Of a DNA stretch of 64,000 bases, positions 28,170-37,534 are shown piece by piece. The stretch's first letter is position 1, and the number at the start of each line of letters is the position of its first letter. The position numbers and the translations under genes are program-made. Source of the stretch: an archaeon (GTDB lineage Archaea; Asgardarchaeota; Thorarchaeia; Thorarchaeales; Thorarchaeaceae); the NCBI GenBank assembly GCA_024276825.1, contig JAJRWI010000053.1, positions 12,404 to 76,403 of the forward strand, given 5' to 3'. The notes under the pieces were generated by a model. The model was not told where the DNA came from. It saw only the letters and a program-made list of their open reading frames with translations, and did no database searches.

Positions 28170-29189
28170 TTGATCCAGATCATTCTTGCCCTCATAATCT
28201 CTTTCATTGCGGTGTTTTCTATATTGCCCGCAGCAATCAGAATGCTTAAGGCCAGAGGAATTTGTGGGGTCGATGTCCATAAGCCCAACAAGCCCTCAAT
28301 TCCAAAGGGAGGAGGGTTTGTCCTACTGTTCGCAATAGTCACAACTCTTCTGGTAATAATTGGAGCGACCACATTCATTGAACATGGACAGGTGAATATT
28401 GGGCTGCTTGCATCTCTGGTTTCAATCTTGATGGCAGGAATGATTGGGCTGCTTGATGACAATCTTGACTTTAGTAATCGAATAAAGATCATAATGCCCA
28501 TGCTCGCATCAATTCCAATGATGGCACTGAATGTGGGAACCACAACAATGTCAATACCATTAATTGGGACTTTTGACTTGGGAATCATTTATCCCTTGAT
28601 AGTCATCCCATTGATGATGACATTCATCATTGACTCTACAAACATGTACGGGGGAATGAACGGACTAGAAGCGGGTTTGGTGTGCATAAACTCATCTGCG
28701 ATCATCATCTATCTGGTGGCTAAGCCCCTTCTGAATATAGACACAATTGCTCAAAATGAGATGGATGCTGCGATAGTGGCTGCTGCCCTACTTGGTGCTT
28801 CACTTGCATTTTTGTGGTTCAACAAGTATCCAGCCAAGGTCTTGCCAGGTGATGTAGGAAGACTACCGATGGGGGCCACCATAGCAGCATCGCTCATTCT
28901 TGGAAACATGGACCGCATGGCAATTATCATGTACATACCCTTCTTGATTAACTTCATCATGTATTTGCTATACAGAATTTATGTCAAGAAGAAAGGCATC
29001 GAGTATGTCAAATTCGCCACTCCGAGGGATGATGGTACATTGGAAGTTGTCGGACCATTCACCATGTATTGGCTATTCCCATATCTCTCAAAGAAGATTA
29101 CCGAGAAAAAGAACGTGATTATTCTGATACTGATTCAGGCGATTATTGCCTATACTGCGGTTGCATATCTTCTACTGTTCATGAAGTGA
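28170..29189 (+). CDS. UDP-GlcNAc:dolichyl-phosphate GlcNAc-1-P transferase (AglH/Alg7/DPAGT1, MraY-GT4 family)
   Basis: GVDVHK, GLLDD, NMYGGMNGLE, FNKYPAKVLPGDVG; multi-pass hydrophobic. Confidence 0.88.
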   Translation: MIQIILALIISFIAVFSILPAAIRMLKARGICGVDVHKPNKPSIPKGGGFVLLFAIVTTLLVIIGATTFIEHGQVNIGLLASLVSILMAGMIGLLDDNLDFSNRIKIIMPMLASIPMMALNVGTTTMSIPLIGTFDLGIIYPLIVIPLMMTFIIDSTNMYGGMNGLEAGLVCINSSAIIIYLVAKPLLNIDTIAQNEMDAAIVAAALLGASLAFLWFNKYPAKVLPGDVGRLPMGATIAASLILGNMDRMAIIMYIPFLINFIMYLLYRIYVKKKGIEYVKFATPRDDGTLEVVGPFTMYWLFPYLSKKITEKKNVIILILIQAIIAYTAVAYLLLFMK

Positions 29190-29190
29190 T

Positions 29191-30240
29191 TCAGGGCAGT
29201 TTGTCAGCAAGGTATGTGTCCACAACATAGTCAATTCCGTATCTACTAAATGCCTGTTGTTCAGCCTTCATTCGAATGTCCTTGAATGCATTAATATGAT
29301 GTAACCATTCAGAACTATTGTAGCGGACATCATTTTTTAGCTCGTCAAGACGTTTGAGGTCTGCATTTGTCATTGGTTCTGAAGGTAGTGAGTATGAAAC
29401 AATATCGTCAGCAGTGACTCCCATCCATTTGGCAGTTGGAACCGTCAGCTCGCGTATATGTGCAGAGTTTGCGCTGCCTGACATGATTACTCGTGCAATA
29501 TGCATTCCCCAGGGGTCACCATCAGTAAAGATGTACACTGGAAGGTCCAGAGTCTTGTGAAGTCTTCGTATCAACCTACGAGTCGCACGCGGTGGTTGGC
29601 CGCCCAATTGAACTAGGACCGCATTGAATCGTTCCCATGCACGAGTTTCTATTAGTCTGGAGAACATGCCACCAGATTCAACTGCTAGGATTAACTCGGC
29701 CTTACAGTCAAGTGGTTCTGCAGTCATTAAGGCGGGACCAATAGGAAGACCGTCAGGGCTGATTGTCAGGTCCACAGTCTTCCCCTCATAGCCCTTTACT
29801 GTGTACTGCATTGTCACACGACCAAATATGGAGGATCGTTCCTCAGGAAAAATCCCGAACTCCTCTCTTGGAAGTCCCGTCAGACACTCGAGGTCTCCCA
29901 CAATGCGGTCAGACTCGGCTTGATCTGCAAACTCAATGTCAAATGCCTCACTGGAGTAGTAGAGATCTCGTAGTGAACTGGTACGATTGTTCTTGAGAAG
30001 TTCTTTTGCAAATGATGCCACCCAGACCAATTGAGCAAAACTCTTGACATGGCGAATGTTACTTGAGTCGCGCCTTACGCTTGTCGGTCCTATGACATAC
30101 TCCTGCTCGTCAGTATCGAAGATTATGTTGCCAGTTCGTCTGTCTGGAATGTCGAATACGGGAAACCTGCCAGCCATTATTGATTCTACTATGTCTTGAC
30201 CAATACGGGTTAATGCATCAATTGATGTTCCTTTGGACAT
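29191..30240 (-). CDS. top6A: DNA topoisomerase VI subunit A
   Basis: SLRDLYY catalytic Tyr, VESGG, GGQP, TDGDPWG, KAEQQA. Confidence 0.95.
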   Translation of the reverse strand: MSKGTSIDALTRIGQDIVESIMAGRFPVFDIPDRRTGNIIFDTDEQEYVIGPTSVRRDSSNIRHVKSFAQLVWVASFAKELLKNNRTSSLRDLYYSSEAFDIEFADQAESDRIVGDLECLTGLPREEFGIFPEERSSIFGRVTMQYTVKGYEGKTVDLTISPDGLPIGPALMTAEPLDCKAELILAVESGGMFSRLIETRAWERFNAVLVQLGGQPPRATRRLIRRLHKTLDLPVYIFTDGDPWGMHIARVIMSGSANSAHIRELTVPTAKWMGVTADDIVSYSLPSEPMTNADLKRLDELKNDVRYNSSEWLHHINAFKDIRMKAEQQAFSRYGIDYVVDTYLADKLP

Positions 30241-30241
30241 A

Positions 30242-31747
30242 TCATTTCACCTCAAAGAGAGACTCTACAAGCTTGGATGTGTCAGGAGTAGTCTCAACAC
30301 TTGCTAAAAGGGCACCATATCTTGCTATTAATCTGAAGTATTTTGAGAACTCTCGCATCTTCCTCGCATTACGCTTTGACCGCCTTATGCTAGATGATTC
30401 TCTTTTTATCGCTCTTCCGAGGGTCTTGAAGAGAAGCTCTGCCTCTGACTGAATTGCAGGGATTGCTGCGATTGACTGTTTACCGGCTTCCCTGTAGGGA
30501 ATTCTTGTAGAACACAGGTTTACAAACAGTAGCACTTGAGAGTTAGTATCCACACCATATCTATTCCAGTTGATCCGTTTCATTGCCAATGTGAGAACAT
30601 CATCACTGGCATCATAAAGCAAAGGCACCTTGTTTGCAAAGCGGATTAGAGAGGGGTTTTCAGCAGGGGTCGAGTCTGTTATTACTACCGCGCCTTCAAG
30701 AATTGTAGGATGCCCATTCCACTCAAATGGACCCCGGATTTCATACTTGATGGATGCAGAGGGATATAGTCTGTTCAGAGCCTCCATAAGAGAGTCTTTG
30801 CCAATTGGACTTAAACACTGGCTCTCGGGTTTGTCAAAACCATTATAATTACGGAGGGCGTTACTGATTCGAACTATCTCATCACGAGTCAGTGATTCAG
30901 TCGTGCGATTGGGATTAAGTGAGAGAAAATGCAGAAAGCGTGTCGCTGTTTTTGTGCCACACTTTTGAAATGTGTCCACGAGAAATGCTTTGAGAGTCAT
31001 TGAGTTGTTGTTAGAGATCAAATGATGCAATAACTCGATATCGGCTGATCGGGGATGGGGTCTAGATATTCTGGGAGGAGTTGGAATCATTTTCGAATAT
31101 CTACCAAACTGGATTGGTGGATTGTCATCTATTAGGAGGGTTATTTGAGCATGAGGAGTGGACACCGATGTAAGACGAAGATATTCTGTAATCCTTAGTT
31201 TGGACCGCTTGAGGTCCCCACGTATCTTTAGGGTGACTTTGGTCCCAATTGAGTGCGATGAATTGGGACCGCTATACTCTATTATAGGAGTGTTGTTCTT
31301 TATGTCTACAAGAAGTCTGAATTCATTGGCTTCACCTTGACCATGTTTTGTGATAATTGTTGCTGGGTAATTAGTGGTCAATTGGCCATAAAGAACCGCC
31401 ATTGTCACTCCAAGACCAAAGGTGCCTCGTTTGTGGCGAAGTCCATACTTGCTACCGAATAGTACTTTCCCAAATGCTTCTGGAACAAACTGGTATGGCA
31501 TTCCAGGGCCATTGTCTGACACCTCAATTAGCAAGAGGTCGGATGACTCCCTACGAATAATGACATTGATTTCGGGCAGGATTTTGGCATCTTCACAGGC
31601 ATCAAGACTGTTTTCAACAAGTTCTCTGATTGTGGAGTACACTGCCTGAGTAGGATTTCCAAATCCCACCATTTGTCTGTTTCTGTAAAAGAACTCGGCT
31701 ACTGAGATGCTAGTGAATTCAGTGCCCACTAATGAAGCTTCGGTCAT
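30242..31747 (-). CDS. top6B: DNA topoisomerase VI subunit B
   Basis: RELVENSLDA, DNGPG, GTFGLG GHKL motifs; RFANKVPL, GKQSI. Confidence 0.95.
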   Translation of the reverse strand: MTEASLVGTEFTSISVAEFFYRNRQMVGFGNPTQAVYSTIRELVENSLDACEDAKILPEINVIIRRESSDLLLIEVSDNGPGMPYQFVPEAFGKVLFGSKYGLRHKRGTFGLGVTMAVLYGQLTTNYPATIITKHGQGEANEFRLLVDIKNNTPIIEYSGPNSSHSIGTKVTLKIRGDLKRSKLRITEYLRLTSVSTPHAQITLLIDDNPPIQFGRYSKMIPTPPRISRPHPRSADIELLHHLISNNNSMTLKAFLVDTFQKCGTKTATRFLHFLSLNPNRTTESLTRDEIVRISNALRNYNGFDKPESQCLSPIGKDSLMEALNRLYPSASIKYEIRGPFEWNGHPTILEGAVVITDSTPAENPSLIRFANKVPLLYDASDDVLTLAMKRINWNRYGVDTNSQVLLFVNLCSTRIPYREAGKQSIAAIPAIQSEAELLFKTLGRAIKRESSSIRRSKRNARKMREFSKYFRLIARYGALLASVETTPDTSKLVESLFEVK

Positions 31748-31901
31748 TCTACTCCATCTTCAGAGTAGTGCATATTACGATATTAGAGCGGGTATTACAT
31801 AAAGTTTGGATAAGATAGATTCGCTAAATTTGGTCATAATGATAACAAATGACAATGCCGAGTGTTATTGACCAAGTATAGCAAGTCATTATGCAGTCTT
31901 T

Positions 31902-32468
31902 CTAGTAGAAGTCAGATTCCCAGATCTCAGCCTTTCTTCTGTTCAGTTCGCGACGCATCCGCTCAAGCCACGAGTACACAGTACTGTGGGGGGCACCATT
32001 GATCAACATCTGAACAGCTCGTTGTGCATATTCTAATCCGGGGTCAGTGCCAATTATTGATACTGTTTTCCCATAGACTGAAACAAGAGTTTCTGTAGTC
32101 TGCTCAATCACTCTTCGGGTCCGTCCATTCATTCCGATTATGCGGCCAGCAACCCGTTTCTGTTGATTTGGTGAGTTTCCAACAATCTCTCTGAGCGAGA
32201 TCACAATAAGGCGGGCATCTTCGTCTATTAGTGTCAATGCATTCTTTGGGCTAAAGCCGCGGGCTATTGCCTTGACTATGTCCCGTGCTTTCCATGCAAG
32301 GACAGGGTCTTCTGTGTCTAGGGGGTTTGTTATTGTGACAACTCCGCTGGAGTCTATTGTCAGTATAGTGTTTGTCAGTTTTTCAATCCTTCTCTTGACT
32401 CGGCCCTTGTGTCCAACAATGACTCCAACTCTTTCTGCTGGAACCCTAATGGTTTCACGATAAAGCAT
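31902..32468 (-). CDS. KH-domain rRNA processing protein Dim2/Pno1
   Basis: IVGHKG and GRIIGMNG KH loops, AIARGFSP, GAPHSTVY. Confidence 0.93.
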   Translation of the reverse strand: MLYRETIRVPAERVGVIVGHKGRVKRRIEKLTNTILTIDSSGVVTITNPLDTEDPVLAWKARDIVKAIARGFSPKNALTLIDEDARLIVISLREIVGNSPNQQKRVAGRIIGMNGRTRRVIEQTTETLVSVYGKTVSIIGTDPGLEYAQRAVQMLINGAPHSTVYSWLERMRRELNRRKAEIWESDFY

Positions 32469-32470
32469 CT

Positions 32471-33259
32471 TTATTCACTCTCACCTACAGACAGGATATG
32501 TTCGGTGATTATTTTGGGATCTTCGGTTTCAACTCCAAGTCTTCTGAAATAGTTAGCCACATTTTTAATATCGCGAAATAGATATCGCTTTGCTTTCTCA
32601 TGTGACTTCAATACTGCCTGTGATACATCAATGAATATTGGTTCATCAAGCCAGAGTATGTTGAACTCGCTAAGGTCTGCATGGACTAACTCTGCCTTAG
32701 TATATCCAAGTTCTATCATCTCAATAATCTGGTTAAATGTTTCCACAGGGGAAGGAATTTTCACCTGACGAATCAATGGGGCGGGTAATTTACTCTCTAT
32801 GTTTCCAATGAACTCCATCACGAGAACATTTCTTTCAATAGCTAATGGTTTAGGGACCCGCACACCAACATCATAGTACCTCTTTAGATTCAGGTACTCC
32901 TTGCGTGCCCAGAGTGGAATGAGAGCTCTACTCCGCCTTTTCACTCTTCTAAATCTAGGGTCTCCTTGAATGTATTCTAGCATGAAGTCAGTTTCAGCAG
33001 TGGTCATCCGATATATCTTAACCGCAAGGGGATATCCATCTTGGTCTTCGCCGCGGTAGACATTGGCTTCTTTTCCAGTGCTAATTGCCCCAAACAGACG
33101 TGAGATTACGCCCTTGTTGAGAAGCCTGTATAATATTTTGAGTGTAGGTGGATCTATTACTCCCTCTACTACTTTGAAGTCGTCTATATCTTTGCGTCGC
33201 ATCTTTCGGCTTTCAAGCTTAGAGTCAATGAGTCTACGCTTAGTATCAACACGTTTCAT
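32471..33259 (-). CDS. rio1: Rio1 serine kinase
   Basis: STGKEANVY, YIQGDPRF, LVHADLSEFNI, IDVSQAV. Confidence 0.95.
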   Translation of the reverse strand: MKRVDTKRRLIDSKLESRKMRRKDIDDFKVVEGVIDPPTLKILYRLLNKGVISRLFGAISTGKEANVYRGEDQDGYPLAVKIYRMTTAETDFMLEYIQGDPRFRRVKRRSRALIPLWARKEYLNLKRYYDVGVRVPKPLAIERNVLVMEFIGNIESKLPAPLIRQVKIPSPVETFNQIIEMIELGYTKAELVHADLSEFNILWLDEPIFIDVSQAVLKSHEKAKRYLFRDIKNVANYFRRLGVETEDPKIITEHILSVGESE

Positions 33260-33335
33260 GGTCTAAAGATCACACTTCCCCATACACGATTACTGGAGTT
33301 TAATTAGTCTAATGTGAAGTATTAGCAGGTTACAG

Positions 33336-33680
33336 TTAAAACATTTTTAGGATTCCACGTTTCTGAAGCCAGTCGAGTTCATTACCGCGATAGCGATGAA
33401 CCACATCGCATTTTTGATCCTCTTGAAAGTCCCATGGAACAATCAGCACAGTATCACCAATCCTCATCCAGACCCGCTTCTTCATCCGCCCAGGGATACG
33501 TCCCACACGAATATTGCCATCCTCACATCTCACACGAACACGATCGTAACCTAACATTTGAATTATGATTCCGAACATCTCGCCCTCATCAGGGTTTGGA
33601 ACCCTGACTCGGACTGGTTCATCCCCTGTTTGTGGGGCCCGTTGACCTCGTCCTTTCCCTTTTCGAACCAAAATAATCAT
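33336..33680 (-). CDS. eif1a: Translation initiation factor aIF-1A
   Basis: MLGYDRVRVRCEDG, RIPGRMKKRVWMRIGD..PWDFQ. Confidence 0.96.
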   Translation of the reverse strand: MIILVRKGKGRGQRAPQTGDEPVRVRVPNPDEGEMFGIIIQMLGYDRVRVRCEDGNIRVGRIPGRMKKRVWMRIGDTVLIVPWDFQEDQKCDVVHRYRGNELDWLQKRGILKMF

Positions 33681-33766
33681 CCATTTTTAGCTAAACTCGA
33701 TAAAATCTCGAGTCTTTGAATAGAAAGAGAAAATGACTGCATTTAAGCATTAGCTATTGACTGCTG

Positions 33767-33796
33767 TGAAACTGGCTGAAACTTGCTGAATCTGAC
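33767..33796. repeat. Three imperfect 10-bp tandem repeats
   Basis: TGAAACTGGC TGAAACTTGC TGAATCTGAC in the nmd3-eif1a spacer. Confidence 0.55.
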
Positions 33797-33839
33797 TATT
33801 CTCATTTAATAACTGAGTATTTTGGATTCAATGTATTTG

Positions 33840-34916
33840 TCACCTTGATACTGGAAGGTGACCAAATTCATCAAAGAATATCACTTCAATTGTATCGCCA
33901 GCCTGATATGAGTCGTTGATTATCTCGGAGTCCATCTCAATCATCTCGAATGACTCAGAATCCATCAGTTGAACAGGCTGACCATAGGCTCGAGAGAGTA
34001 TCATGAAGCGCCTTTTGGAGGATGAAGGAGCCATGAATTGGATGGTTTGCCATTTGGAACTCTTCTGGTGAACTGTGAATTGAGAGCGGTCTTTCAGATC
34101 ATAACACGTCAGTCCGCTTTTTCCCATTGCATCAACTTGGCAAGGCCTTCCCACAACTATGATAAAGTCGCCCACGGTGTATTGGGGCAGACGTAGCATT
34201 ATTGTGACCCTGAATTTGTCCCTTCCACCCTTCTCTTGCCCCACTAGCTTGTAGTTCTCCTTGCGGCTTGCTAGAAATTGAGATTGTATCTCATCAGCAA
34301 TCTTTCTACAGAGGTGCTCTGAGCCAATCCAAAAATCAATCCCATATTTGTCACGGGATATTCCACTCACAAAGGCATGAACATCTTTAGGATGTTCTTG
34401 GATAGTCATGTGTTCAACAATCTCAGATATTTGATCCTCCTCTCGTTCTGTCACCGGACGGTTGTCAGCTCTGATTTGCAGTATTGCTTCATAGTATCCC
34501 CCACTCAATGATGAACAGCTGTTGCAAATGCCATAATTGACTCTTACCTCGACTTCATGAACTTCAGATTTCTTGGGAACCTGCACATGGGAAGACCCAT
34601 AGACATCAATTGTGACGTTTATGACCCGATCACGAGCAACTACACTTGTGTATCCAACCTCATATGTCTTAATAGTCTGACTGATTGCGCTGTCAAGGAG
34701 GATTTTGAGCTGATGTTGTCTGACATCATCTGGTTCTACAACAGTGATTGGGAGTTGTTTCCACCCGCCGGGAATCTTTACAGCACCACACCGCTTGCAT
34801 ACGGTCATTTCAAGCCTATCTGGAAGTTCCACTAGGGGATATTCCTTGCGATAGCAATCTATGCAAAGACCATCAACAACCGACTCTTTGCCGCAGAGGT
34901 AACAGGGTGCTGGCAT
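33840..34916 (-). CDS. Nmd3 large-subunit biogenesis factor
   Basis: Four CxxC pairs, GYYEAILQIR, YKLVG...RVTIMLR. Confidence 0.92.
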   Translation of the reverse strand: MPAPCYLCGKESVVDGLCIDCYRKEYPLVELPDRLEMTVCKRCGAVKIPGGWKQLPITVVEPDDVRQHQLKILLDSAISQTIKTYEVGYTSVVARDRVINVTIDVYGSSHVQVPKKSEVHEVEVRVNYGICNSCSSLSGGYYEAILQIRADNRPVTEREEDQISEIVEHMTIQEHPKDVHAFVSGISRDKYGIDFWIGSEHLCRKIADEIQSQFLASRKENYKLVGQEKGGRDKFRVTIMLRLPQYTVGDFIIVVGRPCQVDAMGKSGLTCYDLKDRSQFTVHQKSSKWQTIQFMAPSSSKRRFMILSRAYGQPVQLMDSESFEMIEMDSEIINDSYQAGDTIEVIFFDEFGHLPVSR

Positions 34917-35001
34917 CTATATCAACTGGCCATTTTTATGCATGAGTCTTTAAAACATGAATGATTAGTGAAAAAGTCCTTCCATAACTCTTTTCTTGTT
35001 A

Positions 35002-35015
35002 TGAATCCATATTCA
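35002..35015. promoter_or_regulatory. Palindrome TGAAT-N4-ATTCA just before the DUF134 gene (candidate operator)
   Basis: 5-4-5 inverted repeat ending 5 nt before the ATG. Confidence 0.4.
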
Positions 35016-35019
35016 GTTC

Positions 35020-35424
35020 ATGCCACGACGAAAAAGACACAGGATTGTTTCAAGAGAACCACCTGTGTCAATATTTAAGCCTGCAGGAATCCCAGCAAGA
35101 GAACTCAGAGAGATTCTGATCACAGTGGATGAGCTTGAGGCGATTCGTCTTGCAGATTATTTGCAGATGAGTCAGAGAAACGCAAGTGATGAGATGAAAA
35201 TAAGCCAGCCTACGTTCAATAGGGTCCTTACCTCAGCCAGACGAAAGATAGCAACAGGTCTTGTTGAGGGATGTGTGCTCAGAATTGAGGGGGGTAGATA
35301 TGTGTTGGCTGATGGTACAGGCCATCTTGAGTGTGTGAACTGTGGAGAAACTGCAGCTACAACAGAGGGCTATGAACAACCATGTCCAAGGTGTGGATCA
35401 ACGGATTTCAAATGGACCAGATAG
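35020..35424 (+). CDS. DUF134 HTH protein with C-terminal zinc ribbon
   Basis: MPRRK, FKPAG, DELEAIRLAD, ISQPTF, ARRKIA, IEGG; CVNC...CPRC. Confidence 0.92.
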   Translation: MPRRKRHRIVSREPPVSIFKPAGIPARELREILITVDELEAIRLADYLQMSQRNASDEMKISQPTFNRVLTSARRKIATGLVEGCVLRIEGGRYVLADGTGHLECVNCGETAATTEGYEQPCPRCGSTDFKWTR

Positions 35425-35440
35425 GAGTTGAAAAAATAAA

Positions 35441-35821
35441 ATGACTATAGAGAAAATTGCAATACCAATTGATAGTGATAATGGGCTAGAGAGCCCCATT
35501 AGTGGCCATTTTGGACATACACAATATTTTCTAATTGCATCGTTAGAAGATGATGAGATTGTTGATGTTCAGACAATTCCGAATGTCCCGCACAGCAGTT
35601 GTGCCGGACCTGTAAACCTGCTCGCACAGAATGGTGTGAGTGTGCTTCTCACTAGTGGAATGGGAATGAGACCATTCATGATCTGTCAGCAGTTGGGCAT
35701 CTCTGTAATAAGGACTAGTGATAATGTTGCTCACAAGGCAATAGAGAGATACATCAGAGGTGAGAGTCGAGCTCTTGGAGAGGAGGGCCTGTGTCAAGGC
35801 GGCGGTAGGCATCAACATTAG
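35441..35821 (+). CDS. NifB/NifX-family metallocluster-binding protein
   Basis: KIAIP, ISGHFG, GMG.RP motifs. Confidence 0.9.
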   Translation: MTIEKIAIPIDSDNGLESPISGHFGHTQYFLIASLEDDEIVDVQTIPNVPHSSCAGPVNLLAQNGVSVLLTSGMGMRPFMICQQLGISVIRTSDNVAHKAIERYIRGESRALGEEGLCQGGGRHQH

Positions 35822-35834
35822 TGAGATGGACTCT

Positions 35835-36230
35835 TTATAGTCGCACCCATTGAGCATGTGGATGCCCATCGATATATATCACGGCTTGTTGATGGACATA
35901 ACCCGCATCGATTGCCATCTGAACAGCATGTTTGCCAATGAGATTTACAATCGTTGCCTTTTTAAAATGAGTAAGACACTCTTCTAATCCCATCAGAGTG
36001 CCACCATAAAATTCCTCACTGATAACGAACTTTATCTCGCCCTTTGATAGAGTCTTTCCCAATAGGTTTTCATCACACAGAGCAACCATATAATGCGGCT
36101 TGTGATCATGAACCTTTACGTATACCCGATTTTGTTTTTGGCTCCCTGTAATAGTAATGACCCCACACATCTTTTTTGATAATGCCATGGAATCCAATTT
36201 AGATCGGTCTGATTGATGTTTTTGCACCAC
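35835..36230 (-). CDS. DUF424 family protein (true start probably downstream of the ORF start)
   Basis: VALCDENLLG, FYGG, IVNLIG...GHPHAQ; next to aIF-2beta. Confidence 0.85.
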   Translation of the reverse strand: MVQKHQSDRSKLDSMALSKKMCGVITITGSQKQNRVYVKVHDHKPHYMVALCDENLLGKTLSKGEIKFVISEEFYGGTLMGLEECLTHFKKATIVNLIGKHAVQMAIDAGYVHQQAVIYIDGHPHAQWVRL

Positions 36231-36612
36231 AGGCAGAACAGGATAGATAGTATACCTGTTTCTCTTTGACTATTGAAGTGTCAGGTCTGGAACAGACTGG
36301 ACATTTGACATAAGAGTTGATGTATCGATTCAGTACCTCTTCCACTACATCGGGAGTGAATTTTCCCTGAAACACTGCAGTGCTTCCCTCAAAGGTACCA
36401 GCTGTTGCTAACTGACCAGCAACAAACTTCATGACCTCTTTGCCAGGACGGTTGAGTACTGTGATTATCTCTTGAAAGTTCTGCCAAATGGTCCTGTTAC
36501 CTTGTACCATTAATTGTACCTCTGGCACCTGAAATCGTTCTCCAGAACGGCGGAATGCATCATCTGGTACTTGAGCCCGTGCCCGATCCAGGAGACTCTC
36601 GTAATCGTCCAT
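36199..36612 (-). CDS. eif2b: Translation initiation factor aIF-2 beta
   Basis: DYESLLDRA, ERFQVP, CPVC..PDT..CSACGA. Confidence 0.96.
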   Translation of the reverse strand: MDDYESLLDRARAQVPDDAFRRSGERFQVPEVQLMVQGNRTIWQNFQEIITVLNRPGKEVMKFVAGQLATAGTFEGSTAVFQGKFTPDVVEEVLNRYINSYVKCPVCSRPDTSIVKEKQVYYLSCSACGAKTSIRPI

Positions 36613-36662
36613 GATTCTTTCTCTCTCCCATATACTATTGAATCTTCTGCTCCGACTGATTA

Positions 36663-37361
36663 TTATCGAGATGATGGGACATATTTTCCTATTCCAACTT
36701 CTTCTATTTCCTCACGGTCCTGTAGATCTAAGACCTTCATCTGGATGTCATCCTTCTCAAATCCGCGCTCCATGAAAAAGTCGATTATCTCGTCTATAGA
36801 CACTCCATTGACACTGCCGTGTTGCTTGATGAACTTCAATATCTGACGAATAAGAGGGCCAGAATATTCCGAGGGTTCAGATGTGCCAAGTTCTGAAACT
36901 GCTGGTTCGGAGAGGGTCATCTGAGGCTCGCTGGCAGGAGAATAATGCACACCAGTCTGGGACAGAATTGTCTGATATCGCAATAGCAGATGGAGTGTCA
37001 TGAGATTAGGGTCTGACACCTCCCGGATTATCTCAGGGTCCACATACACATCATCATTATATTGTTTGATTCGGCCGATTAGCAATACAAGCTTGTTGTT
37101 TTCGACTGCTGACAGTAAATCGACCTTGCGTCTATCAGTACTCCAAGCCTTTGCTTGTATTGTTTCAGTACCATCATCTAGTGTGATGCTTGCAAATTCA
37201 CCAGGCTTAGAATAGGTACGAACAACAAATGCAACAAACGCGGCTCTTCTTATTTGAACCCCAAATGGAGATATCACATATGAGCTATCTGGGTCTTTAA
37301 TGAACTCACCATCAATAACGTCTGCAATTGATGCCCTGATTGCAGTCATTCTTTTCTTCAT
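36663..37361 (-). CDS. RPA32/RPA2-like ssDNA-binding subunit (OB fold plus C-terminal winged helix)
   Basis: ITLDDGTETIQAKAW, IGRIKQY, DPNLMTLHLL, linker, C-terminal wH-like segment. Confidence 0.8.
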   Translation of the reverse strand: MKKRMTAIRASIADVIDGEFIKDPDSSYVISPFGVQIRRAAFVAFVVRTYSKPGEFASITLDDGTETIQAKAWSTDRRKVDLLSAVENNKLVLLIGRIKQYNDDVYVDPEIIREVSDPNLMTLHLLLRYQTILSQTGVHYSPASEPQMTLSEPAVSELGTSEPSEYSGPLIRQILKFIKQHGSVNGVSIDEIIDFFMERGFEKDDIQMKVLDLQDREEIEEVGIGKYVPSSR

Positions 37362-37534
37362 GAAATATAACCACACTTGTTCTGAAGAGGTTGGGTCTTG
37401 ACCACCCCATTCGGATTCTCTCTTTCATATTTTATATTTGTCATTAGGTCAGTAAACCAGCATGATTTCGTCTGACAGTCATGAATCATATGTGTTATTA
37501 AACTTCTATAGAAGAATGCAGGAATGATTCAAGG

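Noticed and set aside
33840-34916. Long Nmd3 with an eIF5A-like C-terminal region as a eukaryote-specific trait
   Set aside because: Similar-length Nmd3 proteins occur in other archaea, so it is not distinctive.
36663-37361. RPA32-like subunit as a novel eukaryotic-signature protein
   Set aside because: OB+wH RPA2-type subunits are already known in several archaeal groups.
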